Shown piece after piece: positions 48,262-56,623 of a stretch of 64,000 nucleotides of DNA. The translations under genes and the position numbers were made by a program. This DNA comes from a virus. The notes beneath the pieces are model-generated. The model had not been told where the DNA came from, made no database searches, and saw only the letters and a list, made by a program, of their open reading frames with translations. Location: positions 2,250 to 66,249 of the IMG/VR virus record IMGVR_UViG_3300044949_002468. One strand, given 5' to 3'. Position 1 is the first letter of the stretch. The number at the start of each line of letters is the position of its first letter.

Positions 48262-48263
48262 TC

Positions 48264-48632
48264 CTACCACCCCGCGCTGCTGTCAGCCCTAGATCCCAAA
48301 TTCAAAGTCACTGTCGCCCCCTGCCATGTCAGTCCCGTGATCCGGTAAGTCACCGCCTTCCACTCCACCAACCATCCGTCCCTCACCTCGGCGCCGCCGA
48401 AACCCAACCCGATCGCCTCCTCCTTCAACGGCTCCGCCTCGCACTCCAGGACAAAATTCACCTCCTCCACCCGACCACCCATGCGGTAATCCCCGCCGAT
48501 GTCGCGCGGCATCTCGATCGCCCGCACCTCGCGCGAGTGTGCCTCTTGGCCCGCTTTCCATACCCGCGCCTTCGCTGCACTCAAAATGGCAAACGCCGCC
48601 TCATCCGCCGCCGCCATCGCCTCATCGAACAT
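48264..48632 (-). CDS. Putative head-tail joining protein
   Basis: Position after MCP; TYRIT motif; start set by TTGACG-N13-ATG. Confidence 0.6.
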   Translation of the reverse strand: MFDEAMAAADEAAFAILSAAKARVWKAGQEAHSREVRAIEMPRDIGGDYRMGGRVEEVNFVLECEAEPLKEEAIGLGFGGAEVRDGWLVEWKAVTYRITGLTWQGATVTLNLGSRADSSAGW

Positions 48633-48663
48633 ATCGCCCACCCCTCGTCAACTTCTCAATCTC

Positions 48664-48700
48664 AAAACAAAACCCCCGGCAGCTTTCGCCACCGGGGGTC
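48664..48700 (-). terminator. Intrinsic terminator after the major capsid gene
   Basis: ACCCCCGGTGGC-GAAA-GCTGCCGGGGGT-TTTGTTTT. Confidence 0.85.
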
Positions 48701-48724
48701 CGTATGCAGGAGGATTGGAAATCC

Positions 48725-49705
48725 TTAGGCTGTGTAGCCGGTCTTGATCAAAGTGCCTGCGCACTCGTTGACCACATGCTCGTCGTTGTTCTGGCGAACT
48801 CGGACCACATTGCTGCGGCGGGGTTCGTCACGATAGCTTTCGACGACATACATGAACTCGGCGTCTTCTTGCCAGTAGAAGATACGGCCGGCGCCGCCCA
48901 TCTCCGGAGCACCCGCTTGCACGTTGCCCAGCCAGATGTAATCGTCGCCCCAGAGGTAGGACAACTTGTTGTCCGCCACTGCGGTGTTCTTCGCCGCCGT
49001 GCTCTCCGTCGCTTCCGCGATGAAAAGCTGGGTGATCGGAGCGCTGTCTTGGAAGATCGACAGGAAGATGTCCTTGGTCACGATCTTGCCGCCGCTGTCT
49101 CCACCGAAGATGTATTCGCGGAGCTTGGTGCTGCGACGAACACGCTTCCAAATGTTACGGCTCATCACGATGGTGTTCACCGACTCCTGGCGCTTGTGCA
49201 CGCGGGCGATGGCTTCCTCGATGTCCGTAGCAACGTCGAGCGTGGCCACATTGGATTCGGTGTAGGCCACGGCAGCGTCAGCCTTGCCCCAGATCGACTC
49301 GTTCATGACCTTGGCCGCCACACGCTTCTCTTGCGCGCGGAGGATGTTGGCCAGCAACAAGCGGGTCGAAACGCTTTCCGCGTCGAAGAAACGCTGCAGA
49401 TCGGCCTGAGTGCTGTCATCGACAACTTCGGTCAAACCGCGGTCTTGGCAGGCAAACGAAGCCTTTGAATAGGTGCGATCGACTTCTTTGTAAGCCGTGC
49501 GCGGTGCGCGCAGCGTGATGTCGCTCGAGGTCGTGGCAAGGATATTGCCGCTGCCCTTGAGGATCTTGCGATACTCGCCCGTGTTGGTCGACACGCCGAA
49601 GGGCGTGAAAATTTTGTCAGCGATGAAAAACTTCTCAGCTTCCAAAGCCTCTTGCACCACCGTTTGGAGTTCGGGGCGAATTACTGCGTCTGTGTTTGTA
49701 TACAT
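48725..49705 (-). CDS. Major capsid protein (lambda gpE-like)
   Basis: 326 aa; FIADKIF, EKRVA, NTIVM, YRDE..RS.VVRVR; strong RBS; followed by a terminator. Confidence 0.88.
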   Translation of the reverse strand: MYTNTDAVIRPELQTVVQEALEAEKFFIADKIFTPFGVSTNTGEYRKILKGSGNILATTSSDITLRAPRTAYKEVDRTYSKASFACQDRGLTEVVDDSTQADLQRFFDAESVSTRLLLANILRAQEKRVAAKVMNESIWGKADAAVAYTESNVATLDVATDIEEAIARVHKRQESVNTIVMSRNIWKRVRRSTKLREYIFGGDSGGKIVTKDIFLSIFQDSAPITQLFIAEATESTAAKNTAVADNKLSYLWGDDYIWLGNVQAGAPEMGGAGRIFYWQEDAEFMYVVESYRDEPRRSNVVRVRQNNDEHVVNECAGTLIKTGYTA

Positions 49706-49723
49706 AGTAGTCTCCTCCTTCGA

Positions 49724-50080
49724 TTAGAGCGGGTACACCTCGATGACATCGCCATCCGCTGCGGCCGAACCCAGCGCGATGCCGAAGTTCGAACCAGCGC
49801 CGTCGGTGGTCACTTTGCCGTTAGCCGCACGCTTCACCACGGCGCCGATGGCCACTGCGCCACCCGCCACCACATCGAAGCTGCCGCCGCCATTGGTCAG
49901 ATTGACTTTGACGACCTGCGTTCCGTTGTTTGTCGAGTAGTCGGTCACACCGATTTCGATATCGGATGCCCCGGCCACTTCCAGTTTGCGGCTGCTGTTG
50001 AGTTTCACGCGGATGTCAGCCGCGATCCCAGACGAACTCGCCGCCACGAAGCTGTCTGCATTGTCTCTGATGTTTGCCAT
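49724..50080 (-). CDS. Head decoration/cement protein (DUF2190-like)
   Basis: IGVT..AGGAVAIGA..GIAL..AAADGDVIEV. Confidence 0.8.
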   Translation of the reverse strand: MANIRDNADSFVAASSSGIAADIRVKLNSSRKLEVAGASDIEIGVTDYSTNNGTQVVKVNLTNGGGSFDVVAGGAVAIGAVVKRAANGKVTTDGAGSNFGIALGSAAADGDVIEVYPL

Positions 50081-50100
50081 AATCTTGTTTCTCCTTGGGT

Positions 50101-51390
50101 TTAGGCGTCAGCGAGTTTCACGATGCCGCGAGCGGCGTTGTGCTCGGCGTAAGCGCGCGGGTTGTCCTTCATCGCAAAACGGATCGCGTTCGCACGGGCC
50201 ACCGTCTTGCTCTCCCCCTTTCCCTCCAGCTCGGTCGCTTTCGCGCTAACCAGCCGGTCAAATTCAGTCACCTTCTCGTCGCCTTCCGGCGCGTTGAACA
50301 TGCGCAGGCTCTCCGTCCCCGGAGTTGCCGCCTTGATGCCCTGCAGGCGGATCGTGCGCTGCAAAGCGTCATTCTGCGCGGTCAGCGCGGTCATCTTCGC
50401 TTCGAGAACGTCGAAAGCGTGCATGACCTCGGCCTTCTCCGCGTCCTCGGCTTTCTGACCGAGTTGGCTTTCCAGTTCGACCACGCGCTTGCGCAGTTCG
50501 CTGAAAGCACCCTCGCCGCTCGCGGCACCGGCCGGAACAGCAGCAGCCTCACCGGCTTCACCAGCTTCTTGACCTTCGCCTTCGACGGCGCCTTCACCGG
50601 CTTCCGCTTCGACCGCCGCATTGTAAGCTTCGATCGCCTCGTTGACCTCATCGCGGGTGATGCCCTGTTCGGCCAATTCCGCATCGTTCATCGCAGCAAG
50701 CTCTTGCAGCTCCTCGGCGGTGATCGGGGTGTTAGCCTCGATCAAAGCATCGATCTCGGCCTGACGATTGGAGACATCGGTAACGGCCTCCTTGAGTTCA
50801 TTCAGCGCGGCGAGCACATCGGTGATCGTCGGCTCCTGCTGGTTCTGCTGGTTCTTATCCATAGAATTTTCATCGCGCGGTGTGTCAACCACCCGCCCAT
50901 CCGAAAACAAACCCGCCGGATTCGCCGCTGGCATCGCCACGCAATCCACGGCCAAAAGCTCTTCGCACCGCGCCGCCTTCTTCCCGGTCGGCAGCTTCTC
51001 GCCCTCCGGAGGACCGGCAAACGCCGCCGAAAGCCCGAAACAATCCGGCATCCTCACCGCGCGCTCCATCAGCGCATCGAATTCCTCGTGGCTCTTGAGC
51101 AAATGCCAATCCGCCACCACCTTGTCGCCCTCGCGACGGAATCCCTCCAAGTATCCGCAAATCGACTGCAAAGCCTGCGGATCTTTGTGGTTGAGTTTGA
51201 CCTGCACCCTCCCCTTGGAGTTCCCGCAAGTGACGATCTGCTCCAGCGTCCGGTCATCCACCTCCAGGTCATGACCGCGCGCGGTCACCCCGCCGGTGAT
51301 CACCGCTGCGCCACGAATGATCCCTGCCTCACGATCCACGCGGCCCGAAATGCCGCCCGCCGCAAATGAAAAAACTGCCGAGTTGTCCAT
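50101..51390 (-). CDS. Prohead protease with C-terminal scaffold
   Basis: ARGH, KLNH, FGLS, DCVAMPAANPAGLFS protease domain followed by an acidic coiled coil. Confidence 0.85.
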   Translation of the reverse strand: MDNSAVFSFAAGGISGRVDREAGIIRGAAVITGGVTARGHDLEVDDRTLEQIVTCGNSKGRVQVKLNHKDPQALQSICGYLEGFRREGDKVVADWHLLKSHEEFDALMERAVRMPDCFGLSAAFAGPPEGEKLPTGKKAARCEELLAVDCVAMPAANPAGLFSDGRVVDTPRDENSMDKNQQNQQEPTITDVLAALNELKEAVTDVSNRQAEIDALIEANTPITAEELQELAAMNDAELAEQGITRDEVNEAIEAYNAAVEAEAGEGAVEGEGQEAGEAGEAAAVPAGAASGEGAFSELRKRVVELESQLGQKAEDAEKAEVMHAFDVLEAKMTALTAQNDALQRTIRLQGIKAATPGTESLRMFNAPEGDEKVTEFDRLVSAKATELEGKGESKTVARANAIRFAMKDNPRAYAEHNAARGIVKLADA

Positions 51391-51420
51391 ACAACCTCGG
51401 CACGGTTGTCAAAGTCAGCT

Positions 51421-51552
51421 TTAGGCGAAGAGCTTCATGAACCAACGAATCACGCTGAAGCGAGCCGTGACTCGCCTCGGAGTGATTCGCTGGACAAAGC
51501 CAACCGCGCCGTAAGGCCCGTAACACAAGCCAAACTCGGTGCTTCTATCCAT
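51421..51552 (-). CDS. Small protein (MDRSTEFG...)
   Basis: AAGGAGG RBS before the ATG. Confidence 0.5.
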   Translation of the reverse strand: MDRSTEFGLCYGPYGAVGFVQRITPRRVTARFSVIRWFMKLFA

Positions 51553-51565
51553 AGTCCTCCTTTCA

Positions 51566-51886
51566 TTAGGGGTTTTTCTCCTGATGCCGCAGCCGGTCCT
51601 CGTGATCACTCACCGTCAGAGTCATCGCCTGCACCGCCGCATCCATCTTCGCCGCCCACCAGACCGTTGCGGCCAACTGAATGACCACCGCGACAAGGAT
51701 CGAATTGAACGTCGCCTTGAGAAACTTCGTCGTCTGATCCCGCTCCCTCAAAGTGACACGGATCTCGTGCGTCTCCCTTTGTAGATGATCCAAAGTCTCA
51801 GAGATCCGCGACAGCGCCGTGCTGTGGCGCTCCAGTTCCTTGTCGTGGTGATCAATCCGGTGTCCGTGGTGGTCATCGCTATTCAT
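51566..51886 (-). CDS. Coiled-coil plus single-TM protein
   Basis: ORF with hydrophobic ILVAVVIQLAATVWWAA. Confidence 0.65.
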   Translation of the reverse strand: MNSDDHHGHRIDHHDKELERHSTALSRISETLDHLQRETHEIRVTLRERDQTTKFLKATFNSILVAVVIQLAATVWWAAKMDAAVQAMTLTVSDHEDRLRHQEKNP

Positions 51887-51893
51887 GGTCAAA

Positions 51894-52667
51894 CTACATC
51901 ATTGGTTGCTCTTGCGGGCGCCCCATCATCGCCTTCATCCGCTGCACCAGACTCCGGCGCCGCATCATCTTCTCCTGCTCCACATTCCCGTAAGCCGCGT
52001 TCATGGAATTAGGATCCACCCCCGCCGTCTCATTTCCGACATACTGCCCCATGTCGTTGCGCGGACGCGGATCGACAAACTCGATCATGCCGGGACGAAC
52101 ACTAAATTCAGACGGCAGACTGTCCTGCACGTTCAATGACAGCCTGCGCCGCAGAGCGAAAGTCGTCGGCCGAGCTTTTGTGCGAGTAAACATGCTTGCC
52201 ACCTTTCCGGCGCGAAGCATGGCGGGCAACGCCGCGGCAAGAAATGGCAGCCCAAACTCGATCATGCCGGGTGTCAGCGACTCAAACCGTTTGCCCCGAC
52301 TTTCCTTGATCGTCTTCGCCGCCCAATCGCGATTGTAGCGCATCGCTCCCGTGGCCTGACCCAGCCCCTCGTCCTCGCCCCAATACTTCTTTGTCGCGCG
52401 CTGCACATTCTTCGGATTCTTCCGCAAGGAGGGAATCATCGTGCCCGACACGCCGATCTGATGGATCGACACAGGCTCCCCCGCATTGCCGATGCCCTTA
52501 GCCAACGCTTTCTTCAAAGCCGGAATCGCACGATCCCCGCGCATGAACTCGATCATGCCGGGATTCAGCGCCGACATCCCGCAAGAGCAACTGCCCTTGC
52601 TATACGGCTTCCTCCCTGGCACCGGCTTGCAACCTTTCCAGCACCGCCCTTTTTTCTTCGCAGTCAT
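51894..52667 (-). CDS. Modular basic protein with three PGMIEF linkers (putative internal head polyprotein)
   Basis: CWKG..PG..PYSKGSC module; RPRNDMGQY module; 17-bp identical repeats. Confidence 0.8.
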   Translation of the reverse strand: MTAKKKGRCWKGCKPVPGRKPYSKGSCSCGMSALNPGMIEFMRGDRAIPALKKALAKGIGNAGEPVSIHQIGVSGTMIPSLRKNPKNVQRATKKYWGEDEGLGQATGAMRYNRDWAAKTIKESRGKRFESLTPGMIEFGLPFLAAALPAMLRAGKVASMFTRTKARPTTFALRRRLSLNVQDSLPSEFSVRPGMIEFVDPRPRNDMGQYVGNETAGVDPNSMNAAYGNVEQEKMMRRRSLVQRMKAMMGRPQEQPMM

Positions 52668-53329
52668 TAGAATTTGCCTTTGCCAAAGACCGCACGAAAG
52701 ACCGCCCTTTGAAATTCCGGAGTGATCTTCGCCGCTTTTTTGCCTGCTTTCTCTGCGTTCTGGTTCTTCAAATGCAGAGCCTTGTAGTCGTTTAATTTCC
52801 GAGCGTCGGCCTTTTGAACCATCGCCAACTCAACAACCCGCGCTTTGATTTCCTGCGAGAACTTCAGTTTCCCGCCCGTGGCTACCGCAAGCCCCTTGCC
52901 CAGCGCCTTGCGGAAACGCCCGAAAAGTCCGGTGGTTCCAGCCTTGTTGCCAATCGCGCCCGGCTTGGTCGCGCGCCACGAACGCTGACCGGAAAGGAAA
53001 CCATCGTTACCAGCGTCAATCGCCCTGCCACCTATCGCGCGTCCCGACTCCATCAAGTCACGCCCCGCGCTGCGATAAGCCGACCCGCGCACTGCCATAC
53101 CGCTGCCGCCACCGCCGTAGCGATTCATGATTGCGCGATCCGCGACCAATCCGCCACCGACCGCACCGGCAGTCGCCGCTGCGCCACCCACCGTTTTGAA
53201 ATCGCCCACCGAGTTCGCCTCGGTGCCGTCCTCGCGATACCACTTGCCATCCGGCCCGCGCATCACGGCAAAAAGCTTCGCATCCACCTTGGCCTCCAAA
53301 GCCACCAGTTTGCTCTTGATCTCGTTCAT
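52667..53329 (-). CDS. Basic Gly-rich modular protein (putative internal head protein)
   Basis: RGPDGKW, Gly-zipper, FSQEIKARVVEL; TTGACT-N14-ATG. Confidence 0.75.
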   Translation of the reverse strand: MNEIKSKLVALEAKVDAKLFAVMRGPDGKWYREDGTEANSVGDFKTVGGAAATAGAVGGGLVADRAIMNRYGGGGSGMAVRGSAYRSAGRDLMESGRAIGGRAIDAGNDGFLSGQRSWRATKPGAIGNKAGTTGLFGRFRKALGKGLAVATGGKLKFSQEIKARVVELAMVQKADARKLNDYKALHLKNQNAEKAGKKAAKITPEFQRAVFRAVFGKGKF

Positions 53330-53351
53330 AAATGTTTTGGTTCAGTCAATT

Positions 53352-56300
53352 CTACTTCTTGGGATCTGGGGCCAGATAATCCGGCAGCCAGTGGCCCTTC
53401 TTGAAAGTCATCTTCTTCGGCGTCACAACTTGCAGCTTCGGCTTCCAGATTTTGCGCCCCACCAGCACGCCACCCGCCGTCCCCGCAATCGTTCCGGCCA
53501 AGGCCAACCCGCCCAAAATCTTGCGCTCCCCTTCCTTCTTCTCATACCACTCCGCCGGTCGCCGGTTGCGCTTTTTGGCCGTGGGAGAAAAAACACGCGC
53601 ACTGTTGCCGCGCGCATCGCGCAAGTCCCAGCCCTGCGTGCCGTAGTAGTCCTGATACATATCGAACGTCCGCACGGAGTTCTTCAGTCGGGCCGATAGA
53701 CCCATGATCTTGCCCAAACGGTCCTCCGCCGTAGCCCGCAGATTTTGCGCGCGGGCAATCGTGGCATCCGTGCCGCGACGGAACGACTTGGCCCAATTCG
53801 GAGCGGAACGGAGCCCGCCTTTGCGATAGACCACGCCAGCACCCAACAAAGCCGCTGCCCCCGCTGCCGTCTGCAGCTTGTTCTGGAACCAACTCTTCTC
53901 CCACTCGCGCTTCTTGGTTTTCTTACCCTGCGACACTTCCGAGACATCGCGCACCAACCCCATGCCGCGCTTGCGCGTCCGGTTGTATTCCTCCGCCTTG
54001 CGACGAGCCGCACTGATGAATGCCCCCGTGGTGATCGGTGCCGCCTCGACGCGCCCAGTCACCGGATTCTTCCGCGTCAGCGAACGCCCCTGCACGTAAT
54101 CATAGAACCCCGCCGCGCGACCCGTCTCCTCGTCGCGCGCATAGATGGCGAACTGATGCACCGCACCCTTGCGGGCAAATTTGTATTTCGTCCGCAACAT
54201 GGCCAAGGTCGCCCTCATCGCCTTACGCTCGCCGCGACTGTGCACCATCTTCATTTTGCTCCCCGCGCGGTAGCGACTCTTGATCTCCGACTCATACCGC
54301 TTGCCAATGGCCATCGCCTTGTTCGTCGCCTGATTCCTCTCCAGCGTATCCGGCTGCATGGATTTACGGATCGGCAACGGCTCGCGCTCGATCGAACCCT
54401 TCGGACCAAACCGCGCGTTGTTCACCTTGCCGCCCACCGACATGGAAGCACGGCGCTCGGCCCGCAACTGCTGGCCCAGCTTCATCCGCGCCTCTTCCGT
54501 CTGCATCGCCTTGGCCGACTTCCGCAAAGACCGCCAGCCTGCATAGCCGACCCCGGCCACCGGAGTCGCCACCGCGCCGGTGACAAGCAACTGCTGCTTC
54601 AGCCGCTCGCGCTCATCATAGACCGGATTCATCGGTGCCATCGGCGCCATGGTCTGAAATTCATACCGCGCCTCAAAAGGCAGCACCTTCATCAGCGACC
54701 GCAACTTCTGCGCCATCGCACCACGCGCGTTTTCCTTCTTGAGAACTTCTTTGATCGCCGGAGTCATCTTCATGCTCCGCATCTCCGCCGTGGAGCCAGG
54801 TCGATAAGTTTTGTCGTTCATCTCGATAAGTTCCTCCTTGGCCGAACAATTCCACCGCTTGAGCGCAGCACCTTTCGGCGTCAGCTTGCCATCCTTGCTC
54901 GTCGGCCCCTGCATCCCGCCCATACGCGCACAGAAAGATGCACGGCGCTTGGCCGCTTTGCTTCCCGGCTTGAGCTTGCTCGGATCTTTGGTCACCGGCC
55001 TTTTCAGATTGCTCCCGTGCTCGCGGTTGTATTTCGCGCGGAAGCTGTCATTCAGCCCGCCGCTTTTGGCGTGCCGCTTCTTGTTGTATCCGTGAAACGG
55101 TTTCTCCAACTCCACGAGCTGACCGGAAGCATCGAAGGCCCGCAATTTGCGGAACGTCGGGAACGTGGTCAGTTGCCGCTTGATCCAGCGCGAAGCCCGC
55201 GTAATCCGCGCACCCGCCACCCGCGCCCCGCGAGTCGCCTTGCGCGCATCGCCTGCCACCGCACCCACCTGATTCATCGCCTTGCCCGCGCGCCAACCGG
55301 CATAGCCAACCCCCGCGCCAACTCCGGCTCCCGCCGCCAAAACCCCCGATCCCGAAAGAACGTCCTTTGCCGCCTCGCTGCGAGATTCACGCCGCAGATC
55401 CCGCCAATCCTTCGACATCTCGAATTTGAAATCTTTGATCCGGCTCGAAAGCCCGTGCATCCGCTTCAGATCCTTGCGGATATTGCGGATGCTATCCACT
55501 TGCTGGCCCTCATCCGCGCCGGTTGCCGCGCCATAGGCGCCACCCGCCACCCCGCCAAGCGCCGCCGCTTTGATCGGCCCCGCCTTCTTGATCCACTGGG
55601 CCGGGCGCCATTCTTTGGCCAATTTTCCAACCTGTTTACGCACCACCGGAACCCGCCGCGCCACAAGGCCACCGGCTACTCCCAGCGTCCCGCCGACAAT
55701 GGCGCCGCCCACCGCCGCGCGTTTGGTAAAAGCCGCCCCTTCCTTTTTGTCAGGATCGCCCAAAATCGCACTGCCGAGCAAAGATCCGCCGCCAACAATC
55801 GCCCCACCCGCCGCCGCGCCACCCGCCGCCGTCCGCAATGCCGTCTTCACTCCGACCCCGCGACGAAGCAAAGGCAAAATCCCCAAAGCCGCGCCGGAAG
55901 CCGCACCCGACAACCCCGCCATCACATACGGATTCATCTGCCGCTTCTCTTTTTTGGAAAACTCGAAACGGGCATCCGACATCTTGAGGAGCTTCTTCCG
56001 CAAAATCCGGTAAGCACCATAGCCCGCCGCGCCCGCGCCGATCACCGCCGGTGCCGCCTCGGAACGAGCCGCCCAAGGCTGCCGCGCTCCGTAAACATCG
56101 CGCCCCGTCTTGTGCGTGACCGCCCGAACGCCGATCACACTACCCGCACCGGCCAAAGCACCCGCCGCCAAACGTGCCTTCAGCGGCAAACGGCCACGGC
56201 CCAAGACTGCCCCTGCTGCCGTGCCCGCGATTCCCGCACGCAAAATGTTGGAATCCCGCTTGGCAATATCCTTCTGCCGGTTCTCGATCACATAGCGGTC

Positions 56301-56390
56301 ATGGGCAATTTGGCCGGTCAAAGGAATGCCCGCCTCCCTGCCAATCGGATCCTGCCGCCTCTGTTTCGCCAAGTTCTCGCGCCGACTCAT
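53352..56390 (-). CDS. 1012-aa basic modular polyprotein (Gly-zipper modules plus a DUF6321-like module)
   Basis: Seven linker motifs; SGGLN..RAKYNRE.GSNLK..RRASFCARM..ALKRWNC; start set by TTGACA-N14-ATG. Confidence 0.8.
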   Translation of the reverse strand: MSRRENLAKQRRQDPIGREAGIPLTGQIAHDRYVIENRQKDIAKRDSNILRAGIAGTAAGAVLGRGRLPLKARLAAGALAGAGSVIGVRAVTHKTGRDVYGARQPWAARSEAAPAVIGAGAAGYGAYRILRKKLLKMSDARFEFSKKEKRQMNPYVMAGLSGAASGAALGILPLLRRGVGVKTALRTAAGGAAAGGAIVGGGSLLGSAILGDPDKKEGAAFTKRAAVGGAIVGGTLGVAGGLVARRVPVVRKQVGKLAKEWRPAQWIKKAGPIKAAALGGVAGGAYGAATGADEGQQVDSIRNIRKDLKRMHGLSSRIKDFKFEMSKDWRDLRRESRSEAAKDVLSGSGVLAAGAGVGAGVGYAGWRAGKAMNQVGAVAGDARKATRGARVAGARITRASRWIKRQLTTFPTFRKLRAFDASGQLVELEKPFHGYNKKRHAKSGGLNDSFRAKYNREHGSNLKRPVTKDPSKLKPGSKAAKRRASFCARMGGMQGPTSKDGKLTPKGAALKRWNCSAKEELIEMNDKTYRPGSTAEMRSMKMTPAIKEVLKKENARGAMAQKLRSLMKVLPFEARYEFQTMAPMAPMNPVYDERERLKQQLLVTGAVATPVAGVGYAGWRSLRKSAKAMQTEEARMKLGQQLRAERRASMSVGGKVNNARFGPKGSIEREPLPIRKSMQPDTLERNQATNKAMAIGKRYESEIKSRYRAGSKMKMVHSRGERKAMRATLAMLRTKYKFARKGAVHQFAIYARDEETGRAAGFYDYVQGRSLTRKNPVTGRVEAAPITTGAFISAARRKAEEYNRTRKRGMGLVRDVSEVSQGKKTKKREWEKSWFQNKLQTAAGAAALLGAGVVYRKGGLRSAPNWAKSFRRGTDATIARAQNLRATAEDRLGKIMGLSARLKNSVRTFDMYQDYYGTQGWDLRDARGNSARVFSPTAKKRNRRPAEWYEKKEGERKILGGLALAGTIAGTAGGVLVGRKIWKPKLQVVTPKKMTFKKGHWLPDYLAPDPKK

Positions 56391-56449
56391 CGCCACCACC
56401 GACCTGTCAATTCGGCCCTCTGAAATCTGCAATTTCAAATCTGAAATCC

Positions 56450-56623
56450 TCACGGCTGCCCCCTCCATTGATGAATAAACATCTGCATGCTGTTGCGTAG
56501 CTGCTGCAGATCGCGCCGCGCGATGGCCAGATCCATCGTCAGCTTGTCGCAGCGGTCCACGAGGGACTGCAACTCACGCATCGCCGCCGCTTCCGCTTCC
56601 GTTGTCTGGATTTCTGCTTGCAT
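56450..56623 (-). CDS. Small coiled-coil protein
   Basis: ORF overlapping the end of the portal gene. Confidence 0.4.
   Translation of the reverse strand: MQAEIQTTEAEAAAMRELQSLVDRCDKLTMDLAIARRDLQQLRNSMQMFIHQWRGQP

Noticed and set aside
48539-51369. + strand ORFs of 309 and 424 aa
   Set aside because: Shadows of the major capsid and protease genes.
51886-51892. TTGACC before gene 51566..51886 as a late motif
   Set aside because: The hexamer abuts the ATG (0-nt spacer) and does not fit the 13-16 nt spacing.
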